DNA from: an uncultured Chloroflexia bacterium
GTDB taxonomy: Bacteria; Chloroflexota; Limnocylindria; Limnocylindrales; CSP1-4
DNA: 64,000 nucleotides
Direction: 5' to 3'
Assembly (NCBI GenBank): GCA_963819655.1
Contig: CAWFXA010000002.1
Location: forward strand, 512,001-576,000
In this document: positions 1 through 9,592 of the stretch, one piece after another
How positions within the stretch are numbered: position 1 is the first letter of the stretch
Layout: each line of letters begins with the position of its first letter
Notes under the pieces: generated by a model
What the model saw: only the letters and a program-made list of their open reading frames with translations
The model's database searches: none
Told to the model about the DNA's origin: nothing
Position numbers and translations under genes: made by a program

Positions 1-1
1 C

Positions 2-688
2 ATGGGCCTGTTCATGGTCATCCTGAAAGACCCCGAACGAGCCCGAACGCTGGGGCTGCTGGGCGCGAAGGCGCAGCTAACCGCGGGGACCGCCGATTGG
101 CAGACGTACCTCAACCTGCTCGGCCAGGCGGTAGCGGTCGGCGGGGCGATCCTGTTCGCATTCCTGACCGCGTGGGTCTTTGGACGCGAGTTCGCGGATA
201 AGACCGTTCGTGGACTGCTCGCCAATCCGACGTCAAGGGGCACGATCGTGCTCGCCAAGGCGATCGTTGTGGCGACCTGGGGTCTCGTGATTACTGCCTG
301 GGTCCTGGCACTCGGACTACTCATCGGTGTCCTGGTGGATATTCCGGGTTGGTCGTCATCCGGTGGGATGGCGACCGTGATGGCCATCGCGCTCGCCGCG
401 TTCCTGACGATCGCCTTGCAGGGTTGGGCAGCGTGCTTCGCCAGTATCGGCCGCGGCTACATCGCGCCACTCGCTTGGACTGTGGCGATGGTCGCGCTAT
501 CCCAGATCCTGACTGTCCTCGGATGGGGTACGTGGTTTCCGTGGGCCGTGCCAGCGCTGCTTACCGGAGCTGGCGGTGCGGCAGTTGAGCCGGTGAGGGC
601 TGCCGGCGTGATCCTGGTGCTCATCGCCGCGACAGCTGGACTCCAAGCCACGATCACTTGGTGGGGCCACGCAGATCAGACCGGATAA
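2..688 (+). CDS. ABC-2 type transporter permease (probably 5'-truncated by the window edge)
   Basis: Multiple hydrophobic helices; WVFGREF..KTVRGLLANPTSR..IVLAK motif typical of ABC-2 permeases. Confidence 0.8.
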   Translation: MGLFMVILKDPERARTLGLLGAKAQLTAGTADWQTYLNLLGQAVAVGGAILFAFLTAWVFGREFADKTVRGLLANPTSRGTIVLAKAIVVATWGLVITAWVLALGLLIGVLVDIPGWSSSGGMATVMAIALAAFLTIALQGWAACFASIGRGYIAPLAWTVAMVALSQILTVLGWGTWFPWAVPALLTGAGGAAVEPVRAAGVILVLIAATAGLQATITWWGHADQTG

Positions 689-902
689 GTAGTGGACGAA
701 ACGAGGATCGAGGTCTCAGCGAACCAAGCCCTGGTATTCGACCGGCGAGACGTTGGTGTGTAGGGAGTTTCAGTCGGCTCAGGGGCGAGTGACGCCCAGG
801 AAGACAGGTGAGCAGGTGAGCACGTCATCGAGGGTCTTGTGCATTCCACCGGAGGTGCCGTGCCTCACGGTGGATCGTCGCACCAGGCAGGAGCTGCGAA
901 CC

Positions 903-1226
903 ATGTCAAAGGGACGCATCGCCTTCATCGACTACGTCGCATATGCGGGCACCCGGGGCCTCCGGGTCGGGCGCGTTTGGCTCCGTTGGCTCGACGGGTC
1001 TGCGCCGATCCCTGATCACGTTGTCCGTGTGTCCGGATCCGATCAGCCCGTCCTGATCCGGGCGGAGCTTGCCCCGGTGATGGTTCGAGAGCACGCCGCC
1101 CTCAGGGTCTGGGGGCTACGACTACCGCGCCGATTTCGACGCTTGACCATCGCCATTGCTGACGGGGGCCCTTGGCTCGCCTTCGTGGACGCGCGAGCAA
1201 CGCCGTTTGGGTGGCGTGCGCGATAG
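903..1226 (+). CDS. hypothetical protein
   Basis: ATG at 903 with upstream GGAG, in frame with ORF 753..1226; no recognised motif. Confidence 0.4.
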   Translation: MSKGRIAFIDYVAYAGTRGLRVGRVWLRWLDGSAPIPDHVVRVSGSDQPVLIRAELAPVMVREHAALRVWGLRLPRRFRRLTIAIADGGPWLAFVDARATPFGWRAR

Positions 1227-1238
1227 GTGCGGCCACAG

Positions 1239-1478
1239 ATGACGCAGCCTGCCTTGGCCATCTATCCCCGAACAGACCTGGAGTTCGTCGCGATGGTCTA
1301 CGCCCTGCTCGTCGACCATGCGGATCCGGCCGAACTGCAGGCGCGGCTCCGTGAGACCTACCCACTCGCGGTCGTGCGCCCGCGGGTGATCAGCTCCGAG
1401 CCAACGTCCTTGTGGTACGTCTACCGCGATGGGCGATGGAATCCCGATCTCCCGCCCGATGGCTTGCCGCCCGCATGA
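1239..1478 (+). CDS. small hypothetical protein (WYVYRDGRW motif)
   Basis: Protein-like composition, GC-rich third codon positions, follows the previous ORF closely. Confidence 0.55.
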   Translation: MTQPALAIYPRTDLEFVAMVYALLVDHADPAELQARLRETYPLAVVRPRVISSEPTSLWYVYRDGRWNPDLPPDGLPPA

Positions 1479-1546
1479 GTGGGAATGACCGTCCCGCGCT
1501 CGAAAGCGACTCCCCAACGATCCGAGGGGCAACTGTGGATCGACTC

Positions 1547-1577
1547 TTGACATTGGACCGACTCCAAGGTCTACGTT
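1547..1577 (+). promoter_or_regulatory. MerR-type promoter: TTGACA, 19-bp spacer with dyad, TACGTT
   Basis: -35 at 1547-1552, -10 at 1572-1577; TTGGA-N5-TCCAA dyad in the spacer; ATG 7 nt downstream. Confidence 0.8.
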
Positions 1578-1584
1578 TCGCGTC

Positions 1585-2673
1585 ATGGCAGTGACACCCG
1601 AGACCGGCTTCCTGGTCCTCGCCGATCTGACCGGCTACACCGCGTACCTCTCCGGGAGCGAGATCGAGCACGCGCCAGCCATCGCCGGCGACCTCCTGGA
1701 GACGATCGTCGGACGCCTGGAACCGCCGTTCCGATTGGTCAAGTTCGAGGGCGATGCGGCCTTCCTGTTCGTCGAGGACGGGCGCGCCGACGGGTCGTTG
1801 CTCCTCGACGCGATCGAAGCGGCATACCTCGCCTTCCGGCGTCGGCTGCGGAGCATCGACCAGGCGACGTCCTGCGACTGCAACTCGTGTCAGCTAGCGC
1901 CGAGGCTCGACCTCAAGGTGTTCGTCCACCACGGGGCCTTCGTCTGGAGTCGCATCGCCGGGCGCGACGAGCTGGCGGGAACCGACGTCATCGTCGCGCA
2001 CCGGCTGCTGAAGGGCGCTGGCGCCGCGGAGGCGCGTGCCAACGGCTTCGCGCTGTTCACGGCCGCCGCCGTCGACGCTCTGGGTCTCGACGCCGATGCC
2101 CTGCAGCTCCGGGCGGGCGCGGAGGAGATCGAGCACCTCGGCCGGGTCGACACGTTCACGTTGGACCTCGAGACCCGCTGGCAGGACGAGAGCACCATGC
2201 GCCGGCTCGACATCGCCGACACCGATCTCGCCTTCGACATCGAGGCCACATTCACAGCAGACCCGTCGGTGATCTGGGCGCACCTGACGTCGCCCGCCCT
2301 CCGAACGCGTTGGGAAGGACCGATCGTCATCGAGGAGACGTCGGCCGGCGGGCGCCGCGGCGTGGGGACCACGGCCCAGTGCGTGACCGGACGGCTGGCG
2401 ACACTCGAGGAGATCGTCGACTGGCAGCCCTACGACCGCGTCGCCTGGCGGCTGGCGGTGCCAGGCGTCGGTCCGGTCGCGGCCACCGCGGATCTCGCCC
2501 CGGCCGAGAGCGGGACGCATCTCCGGCTTCGCTGGGGCTACCTGGGCCGAGGGCCCGCGGAGGCTGACGCGGTCGAGTTGTTGCGGGTCGACAAGGAGGC
2601 CGGATACGCGCGCCTCGCAACCGTCATCGCCGGCGACTTGCCGGTCGTCGAGCAGAGGGAGGTCGTGAGGTGA
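1585..2673 (+). CDS. DUF2652 (nucleotide-cyclase-like) domain fused to an SRPBCC domain
   Basis: FLVLADLTGYT and KFEGDA motifs, CDCNSC insert, VFVHHG; C-terminal IWAHLT..EEIVDWQP START-like domain. Confidence 0.8.
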   Translation: MAVTPETGFLVLADLTGYTAYLSGSEIEHAPAIAGDLLETIVGRLEPPFRLVKFEGDAAFLFVEDGRADGSLLLDAIEAAYLAFRRRLRSIDQATSCDCNSCQLAPRLDLKVFVHHGAFVWSRIAGRDELAGTDVIVAHRLLKGAGAAEARANGFALFTAAAVDALGLDADALQLRAGAEEIEHLGRVDTFTLDLETRWQDESTMRRLDIADTDLAFDIEATFTADPSVIWAHLTSPALRTRWEGPIVIEETSAGGRRGVGTTAQCVTGRLATLEEIVDWQPYDRVAWRLAVPGVGPVAATADLAPAESGTHLRLRWGYLGRGPAEADAVELLRVDKEAGYARLATVIAGDLPVVEQREVVR

Positions 2674-3128
2674 TCCCGTTCCGGAGCGAACAGACGATTG
2701 ATCGATCGGCAATGGAGGTCTGGGAATACGCCGCCGACATCGACCGCCATCCGACATGGATGAGCGTGCTCGACGCACGCATCGTGGAAGGGCGGTCGAC
2801 GGAGGTCGGCGCCCGAGCGTTCGAGAACGTCAAGATCGGCCCACGACGACAGACCATCGAGTTTGAAGTCGCCGAGGCAGAGCCAGGACGTCGGCTCGCG
2901 TACCGTGTGCTGTCGGGCCCGATGCGCGGCCAGGTGGCGATGGACCTCGAGGCCACCGGGCCGGGGAGCACGAAGGTGGTCTGGGCCGGGTCGCTCGGCC
3001 TGACCGGGCTGATGCGGCTCCTCGAGCCGCTGTTTGCAGGCGAGATCCGAGCGGGTGAGGCCGCAGAGCTGGTCCGCCTCAAGGAGCGGCTCGAGGCGGC
3101 CCCGGCCGCGGCGACGGCGATGTCGTGA
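2670..3128 (+). CDS. SRPBCC (polyketide cyclase/START-like) family protein
   Basis: EVWEYAADIDRHPTWM N-terminus and C-terminal LVRLKERLE helix; GTGA overlap. Confidence 0.85.
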   Translation: MIPFRSEQTIDRSAMEVWEYAADIDRHPTWMSVLDARIVEGRSTEVGARAFENVKIGPRRQTIEFEVAEAEPGRRLAYRVLSGPMRGQVAMDLEATGPGSTKVVWAGSLGLTGLMRLLEPLFAGEIRAGEAAELVRLKERLEAAPAAATAMS

Positions 3129-3517
3129 CGACGTTGAGCAAGTTCCCGATCAGCGCCAGGGCCGCGGCCGTCGACCTCGGACGGGCGCGCCGCTGGTACG
3201 AGGAGAAGCTCGGCCTCGTGCCCGAGCACGAGGATCCGGGCGGCGTCTGGTATCGCTTCGGCGGCGAGACGTGGCTCTACCTGTACGGGACCCCATCAAC
3301 CGGGACGGCCCAGAACACCATCGCCGGCTGGGCAGTCAGGGACATCGAGTCGGTGATGGCCGGACGGCGCGAGCGTGGCGTGTCGTTCGAGGAGTACGAC
3401 CTCGGCGAGATCCAGATGGTCGATGGACTGGCCGACTTCGGGATAGCGAAGGCCGCCTGGTTCAAGGACAGCGAGGGCAACACGTACGAGTTGACGGAAG
3501 TCCGCCGGGACCCTTGA
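3125..3517 (+). CDS. VOC/glyoxalase family protein
   Basis: DLGRARRWYEEKLG and AWFKDSEGN..EL motifs. Confidence 0.9.
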   Translation: MTTLSKFPISARAAAVDLGRARRWYEEKLGLVPEHEDPGGVWYRFGGETWLYLYGTPSTGTAQNTIAGWAVRDIESVMAGRRERGVSFEEYDLGEIQMVDGLADFGIAKAAWFKDSEGNTYELTEVRRDP

Positions 3518-3537
3518 CATCGGAGCCACTCCAAGGT
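3514..3537 (+). promoter_or_regulatory. second MerR-type operator/promoter in front of the merR-family gene
   Basis: TTGACAtcGGAGccaCTCCaaggt, near-identical to the site at 1547-1570; -10 element is poor. Confidence 0.65.
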
Positions 3538-3548
3538 TTGCTGCCCGC

Positions 3549-4013
3549 GTGAGGATCGGAGAACTCGCCGACGCGGTCGGCGTGTCGACGGACACGGTGC
3601 GCATCTACGAGCGTTCCGGATGGCCTCCGCGAGCGAGTCGGCGAGACAACGCGTACCGGGACTACGGGCCGGCCGACGTCGAACACCTGCGCCTGATCAT
3701 CGACCTGCGCCGCCTCGATCTGCCACTCGAGGATGCCGCCCGGATCGCGGGTTGGTGCCACTCTGGGCATTGCGTGGACTCGACCGCCACCCTGCCCCGC
3801 CTGATCGAAGAACGGCGCGCCGACGTTGCCGACCGGATCGTGAGGCTGCAGGCGCTGGACGCACGGCTGGCCGGACTGCTCGGGCATCTCGGGCGCCCAC
3901 GCCCTTCTCTCGCGGTGCTCGATGGTCCGTGTTGCGAGGCTGCCGACGTTGTCGTCGGAGCCGCCGAGGGCGGGTGTTCGTGCTGTTCAACCATGCCGGA
4001 GATGGCCAAGTAG
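3549..4013 (+). CDS. MerR family transcriptional regulator, Cys-rich C-terminus
   Basis: MRIGELA..GVSTDTVRIYER HTH, YRDY; CHSGHC, CC and CSCC clusters. Confidence 0.9.
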   Translation: MRIGELADAVGVSTDTVRIYERSGWPPRASRRDNAYRDYGPADVEHLRLIIDLRRLDLPLEDAARIAGWCHSGHCVDSTATLPRLIEERRADVADRIVRLQALDARLAGLLGHLGRPRPSLAVLDGPCCEAADVVVGAAEGGCSCCSTMPEMAK

Positions 4014-4189
4014 GTCCAGCGGGCGTCGAATGTCCTTAGGTCAGGAGATCCGGCGATGACCAGCCGACCGGACCAAACCCGATCCGCCAGCCGCCCCGCC
4101 GACGGGCGTCCTTCGCACGCTCCTGGGACTGCCCGACCACCTCTATCTCGTGGCCGGTCGATCGCGTCTGGTACGTGTCCGGCGGGCCG

Positions 4190-5107
4190 TCATCCGGCCA
4201 GCTCGACGTACATCTCGGGAGACTCCCAGGGCATCACGTGGCCGACGCCATCGATCCTGCGGGAGCTCCAGCTGGGATGTGCCGCCTCGACCTCGTCGAT
4301 GAGACGCTGCGGGATCACCCGGTCGTCGGCACCCCAGAGCAGCATCGTCGGGGCGATGATCGAGTCGAGCGCCTTGCGAGTCCTGGCTTCATCGACGGTC
4401 AGCGCGCGGAGGACCGAGATGGCAGCGTCTACGGCTCCCTCGACGCGCCATGGGAGCACGAGGCGCCCGACCTCCTCTGCCGCGAGGGACAGCAGCTCGG
4501 GCGACATCCGGGACACCTCCGGCCCGAGGCGAGGGTCCCGATCATCCACCCGGCGACGCCACGCGTCGGCCTTCACGCGGAGACCGGCGCCAACAAGGAC
4601 ATCAGCAAACGGCCGCACGACGCGAAACCCGACACGCCATGCACCGGGGAACGGGGGCGGGTCGGGGAGGCCGGGCAGGGGCGCGGACGTGAGGACGAGG
4701 CGTTCGACACGATCGCGGACCCTTCCAGCGAGCAGGCCACCGACGAGGCCGCCCAGCGAATGCCCGTGCACGATCATGCGCTCGATCCGGAGCGCCGTGG
4801 TGAAGTCATCCAGGAACTCGGCGCCTTCGAAGGTGTCGCCAGCGCCACGCCGCAGCGGGCGGCTCCGGCCGGATCCCGGCAGGTCGGGTGCGATCACCAG
4901 CCCCTTCCGGGAGAGCGGGCCGATCACGTCCATCCACGACCAGGCGCCCGTGCTCATCGGGTGGACGAGCAGATGGATCTGACCGTTGACCTCGGTGCCG
5001 GCGCGCAGGTAGTGGACGCGGGTACCACCGATGTCCACGACCCTGCTGGTGATGCCCACCCACCGTGGCGTTCGTTGTCCCCAGTCGTATCCCGGCCCGA
5101 TCCGCAT
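4190..5107 (-). CDS. alpha/beta fold hydrolase
   Basis: APDLPGSGRS, GHSLGG nucleophile motif, WGADDRV, GVGH. Confidence 0.9.
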   Translation of the reverse strand: MRIGPGYDWGQRTPRWVGITSRVVDIGGTRVHYLRAGTEVNGQIHLLVHPMSTGAWSWMDVIGPLSRKGLVIAPDLPGSGRSRPLRRGAGDTFEGAEFLDDFTTALRIERMIVHGHSLGGLVGGLLAGRVRDRVERLVLTSAPLPGLPDPPPFPGAWRVGFRVVRPFADVLVGAGLRVKADAWRRRVDDRDPRLGPEVSRMSPELLSLAAEEVGRLVLPWRVEGAVDAAISVLRALTVDEARTRKALDSIIAPTMLLWGADDRVIPQRLIDEVEAAHPSWSSRRIDGVGHVMPWESPEMYVELAG

Positions 5108-5235
5108 CACGCAGGCAGCATACGGGCGCGATCGACTAGGGCGGCTGTGCCCTCCGGCCGCTCGTCGCCATGGTCCCGCAGGCCTAGCACGCCGGGCGAA
5201 TAGACCGCGCCAGCCGCCCACCCGACAATTCGCGG

Positions 5236-5613
5236 GTGAAGCTGTGCACGGTCTGTGGTGTCGTCACGAGCCGCGCGGGCAATCGGTGCAGGGAGCACGC
5301 CCGCCAGTCCAACCGCAGCCGGCACAACGCCCTCTACAGCACGCGGGCCTGGCAACGTCTCAGCGCCCGCGTCCTCCGTGCCTGGCGTGGCGAGCACGGC
5401 AACTGGTGCCCGGGCTACCAACGCAGCGCCCATCGTGCGGGCGATCTCACCGTCGATCACGTCACCTCGCTCGCTGCGGGCGGTGCGCCGTTCGACATCG
5501 CCAACTGCGCGGTGCTGTGCCGCTCTTGCAACTCGAGCAAGGGTGCGGCGACCGACCGGGGTGGGGTAGCCCATGTGGCGACGTCGATGCCCGCAGACCG
5601 CGCCCGGCGATAG
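5236..5613 (+). CDS. HNH endonuclease (phage packaging-associated type)
   Basis: N-terminal CxxC..RCxxH; YSTRAWQRL; VDHV..GG..N..LCxxCNxxK. Confidence 0.85.
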   Translation: MKLCTVCGVVTSRAGNRCREHARQSNRSRHNALYSTRAWQRLSARVLRAWRGEHGNWCPGYQRSAHRAGDLTVDHVTSLAAGGAPFDIANCAVLCRSCNSSKGAATDRGGVAHVATSMPADRARR

Positions 5614-5708
5614 TGTGCGCACGGCCGAGTTTCGCGAACTGTCCCGGTCACTGATCGGAGATCGGGCGAGGTGCGCCCGTGGGCACCCACGTTGGCCCAC
5701 GTGCCGCG

Positions 5709-5888
5709 ATGAGCCCGACCGTGGCCACACCCGCGGCCGAACGCAGAAGGGCCTCGCTGGCGCTCGAGGAGCTCGTTCATGTCACCTGGGGCGACGCTGC
5801 CGGTGCTCTTGTCATCGCGCTGATCATCGCCCGCGAGGGTTGGGCGTCCGTGCAGGTGGCCCGCTCGAACGCTTCACACAGGCCCTGA
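5709..5888 (+). pseudogene. possible internally deleted cation-efflux (CDF-like) transporter remnant
   Basis: WGDAAGALVIALIIAREGW resembles the last TM helix of CDF-family proteins; only 59 aa. Confidence 0.3.
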
Positions 5889-5900
5889 GCGTGGCTGCGA

Positions 5901-5930
5901 TTGACCGAGATCCCCGTTCGGCCGTACACT
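5901..5930 (+). promoter_or_regulatory. sigma70-type promoter of the rplU operon
   Basis: TTGACC-18 bp-TACACT about 100 nt upstream of rplU. Confidence 0.65.
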
Positions 5931-6028
5931 CCACCGTCCGCGTCCCGGCTCCGCCGGGCGTCATCCCATGTCCGACAGCCCGATCGCTACGCGCGTCGCC
6001 CGCCGTCGTCAAGAAGTCCTGAGGATCC

Positions 6029-6757
6029 ATGTACGCAGTCATCGAGACCGGCGGAAAGCAGTATCGCGTCGAGGTCGGCACCGAGCTCGACGTCGAGCTG
6101 CTCGACGCTGAGCCCGGCAAGACCGTCACGCTCGCCCGCGTGTTGTTGGTCGCCGACGGAGACGACGCATCGATCGGTCGCCCGCTGGTCGAAGGCGCCG
6201 AGGTCAGCGCCGAGGTCGTCCGTCAGGGACGGGGCGAGAAGCTCATCGTCTTCAAGTACGGCCCGAAGACGCGACGCCGGGTCAAGAAGGGTCACCGCCA
6301 GGAGCTGACCACGCTCCGGATCAGCGACATCAGGCTGAACGGCAAGAGCGCCGCGAAGTCGGCTGCAAAGGCCGCCACGGATGCCAAGACCGAGCGTCAG
6401 CGCCTCGAGGAGGCCGCAGCCGCCCAGGCAGCGAAGGACGCCGAGCTCGCCGCGAAGCTCGCGGCGGCGACAAAGGCCGACGCGAGGAAGGCCGAGGCAA
6501 AGCCGAAGCCGACGGCAGCGGCCACGAAGGCCGAGGCGAAGACCGGGGCCAAGACCGAACCCAAGGCAGACACGAAGGCGGACACCAAGGCGACCGCTGC
6601 CAAGGCCGCACCTGCGAAGAAGCCCGCGACGCGAGCCAAGGCGGCAGGGGCCGCGGACGCCAAGGCAGCCACGAAGACGGACACCAAGGCGGCGGTTGCC
6701 AAGCCTGCCCCGAAGAAGCCGGCCGCCAAGCCGCGCGCCACAAAGAAGGACGAGTAG
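6029..6757 (+). CDS. rplU: 50S ribosomal protein bL21 with a long Ala/Lys-rich C-terminal extension
   Basis: [14 protein letters not shown]...KKGHRQ. Confidence 0.97.
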   Translation: MYAVIETGGKQYRVEVGTELDVELLDAEPGKTVTLARVLLVADGDDASIGRPLVEGAEVSAEVVRQGRGEKLIVFKYGPKTRRRVKKGHRQELTTLRISDIRLNGKSAAKSAAKAATDAKTERQRLEEAAAAQAAKDAELAAKLAAATKADARKAEAKPKPTAAATKAEAKTGAKTEPKADTKADTKATAAKAAPAKKPATRAKAAGAADAKAATKTDTKAAVAKPAPKKPAAKPRATKKDE

Positions 6758-6761
6758 CGAG

Positions 6762-7037
6762 ATGGCTCACAAGAAGGCCGGCGGCAGCGTCAAGAATGGC
6801 CGCGACAGCGTCGGCCAGCGGCTCGGGGTGAAGATCGGCGACGGCCAGACCGTGAACGCCGGCGGGATCATCGTCCGCCAGCGTGGCATGACGTTCGCCG
6901 CGGGCCCAGGCACAGGCCTCGGCAAGGATTACACCGTGTTCGCGACCGTCACCGGGACGGTCAAGTTCGAGCACGCGACCAAGACCAAGAAGCGCATCCG
7001 GGTCGAGGCGGTCGAAGCCGCCCCGACGACCGCCTAG
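6762..7037 (+). CDS. rpmA: 50S ribosomal protein bL27
   Basis: [22 protein letters not shown]. Confidence 0.98.
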   Translation: MAHKKAGGSVKNGRDSVGQRLGVKIGDGQTVNAGGIIVRQRGMTFAAGPGTGLGKDYTVFATVTGTVKFEHATKTKKRIRVEAVEAAPTTA

Positions 7038-7126
7038 GCCGCATCGGCGGCCTGGGACCGGAGTAGCCGGCGATCACCGGCTGGGCGATGGCCCGGCGCG
7101 GAAGACGTCGGAGGAGAAAAGAACTC

Positions 7127-7339
7127 GTGAAGCCCGACATCCATCCCAAGTACTACGAAGCGAAGGTCCACTGCGGCTCGTGCGGCCGCGAATGGACGGT
7201 CGGCTCGACCCGACCGGAGCTGCGCGTCGATGTGTGCAGCAACTGCCACCCGTTCTTCACGGGCACGCAGAACATCATCGACACCGCCGGACAGGTCGAG
7301 CGCTTCCAAAAGCGCCTGGACCGCCAGGTCCGCAGCTAG
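7127..7339 (+). CDS. rpmE: 50S ribosomal protein bL31, zinc-binding type
   Basis: MKPDIHPKY, CxxC..CSNCHPFFTG; GGAGGAG RBS. Confidence 0.97.
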   Translation: MKPDIHPKYYEAKVHCGSCGREWTVGSTRPELRVDVCSNCHPFFTGTQNIIDTAGQVERFQKRLDRQVRS

Positions 7340-7361
7340 ACGCACTCGGTTCGACACCTCG

Positions 7362-7388
7362 ACGGCCGGCCTTTCGGGCCGGCCGTTC
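7362..7388 (+). terminator. GC-rich hairpin after rpmE
   Basis: ACGGCCGGCC-tttcg-GGCCGGCCGT stem-loop; weak U tract. Confidence 0.55.
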
Positions 7389-7451
7389 GGATTCCGGGTA
7401 CCGGTACCGATGGGCGGACCCTGTTCCCAGCCATCGCCGGTAGACTTGCCC

Positions 7452-8494
7452 GTGATGTCAGCGCAACCGGCTCCGCTGGCGGCGGACGGCGGCCGTCGCG
7501 GCGGACCTCCCTCGTTCGCCTACGGAGGCCAGGCCCTCATGGAGGGCGTCCTCATGCGGGGTCGCAACGCGATCGCCGTCGCGCTGCGCCATCCGGACGG
7601 CCGGATCGTGACCTCCACTGAGCGTCTCGAGTCGCGGATGCATACCTCACGCGTCGCGAAATGGCCACTGGTCCGCGGCCTGGTCGTCCTCTACGAGACC
7701 CTGGTGATCGGCACGCGCTGGCTCATCCGCAGCGCCAACGTCCAGGCCGAGGACGACGACGTCCACCTCGGCAAAGGCACGATCCTCGTGACCCTCCTGA
7801 TCACGTTCGGGGTGGCCATCGCGGTCTTCAGCCTGCTGCCGCTGTTCGTGTCGAGCGTCGCCACGTCCGGCGCCAGCCAGGGCTGGGCGCAGCCGGCGCT
7901 CGAAGGTCTGATCCAGGTCGGGCTCTTCCTGGCGTACCTGACGTTCGTGTCGCGCACGCCGGACATCTTCCGGGTCTTCCAGTACCACGGCGCCGAGCAC
8001 ATGACGATCCACGCCCTCGAGGCCGGTGATCCGCTGACTGTGAACGAGGTCCGCAAGTACCCGACCGCCCACCCCCGCTGCGGCACCGAGTTCCTGGTGA
8101 TCCTCGTCCTGCTCTCGATCTTCGCCTTCTCGTTGGTCGGCAAGCAGGAGCCGCTCGTCATGGTCGCGAGCCGGTTCCTCGGCATCCCGGTCCTAGCGGC
8201 CGTGGGCTATGAGGTCCTCAAGCTCGGCGCGCGGTTCCGCCACATCCGGGTCGTGCGCGCGATCATGTTCCCCGGGATCCTCGTCCAGATGATCACGACG
8301 AAGCGTCCCACCGACGACATGATCGAGGTCGCCATCTCGTCGATGGAGGAAGCGCTCGAGGCCGACGGGAACCCGATCCCCGCGGGCTCGACGGTATTCG
8401 AGCGGCATCCGCTGGAGCTGCCGTCGACCGACGCCCCGCCCGAAGCGACCGATCCGGTCGTCGCCGCCAGCCCGGGCGAGCCACCAGCCCTCAC

Positions 8495-8498
<4 letters not shown>
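7452..8498 (+). CDS. DUF1385 domain membrane protein
   Basis: [29 protein letters not shown]; typical rpmE-prfA neighbour. Confidence 0.92.

Positions 8499-9578
<1,080 letters not shown>

Positions 9579-9592
<14 letters not shown>

Noticed and set aside
4014-5900. Intact prophage or integrative element
   Set aside because: Only a lone HNH; no integrase, att repeat, tRNA or structural genes seen
6400-6750. Tandem DNA repeat array in rplU
   Set aside because: Degenerate repeats reflect the Ala/Lys-rich protein tail, not a non-coding array
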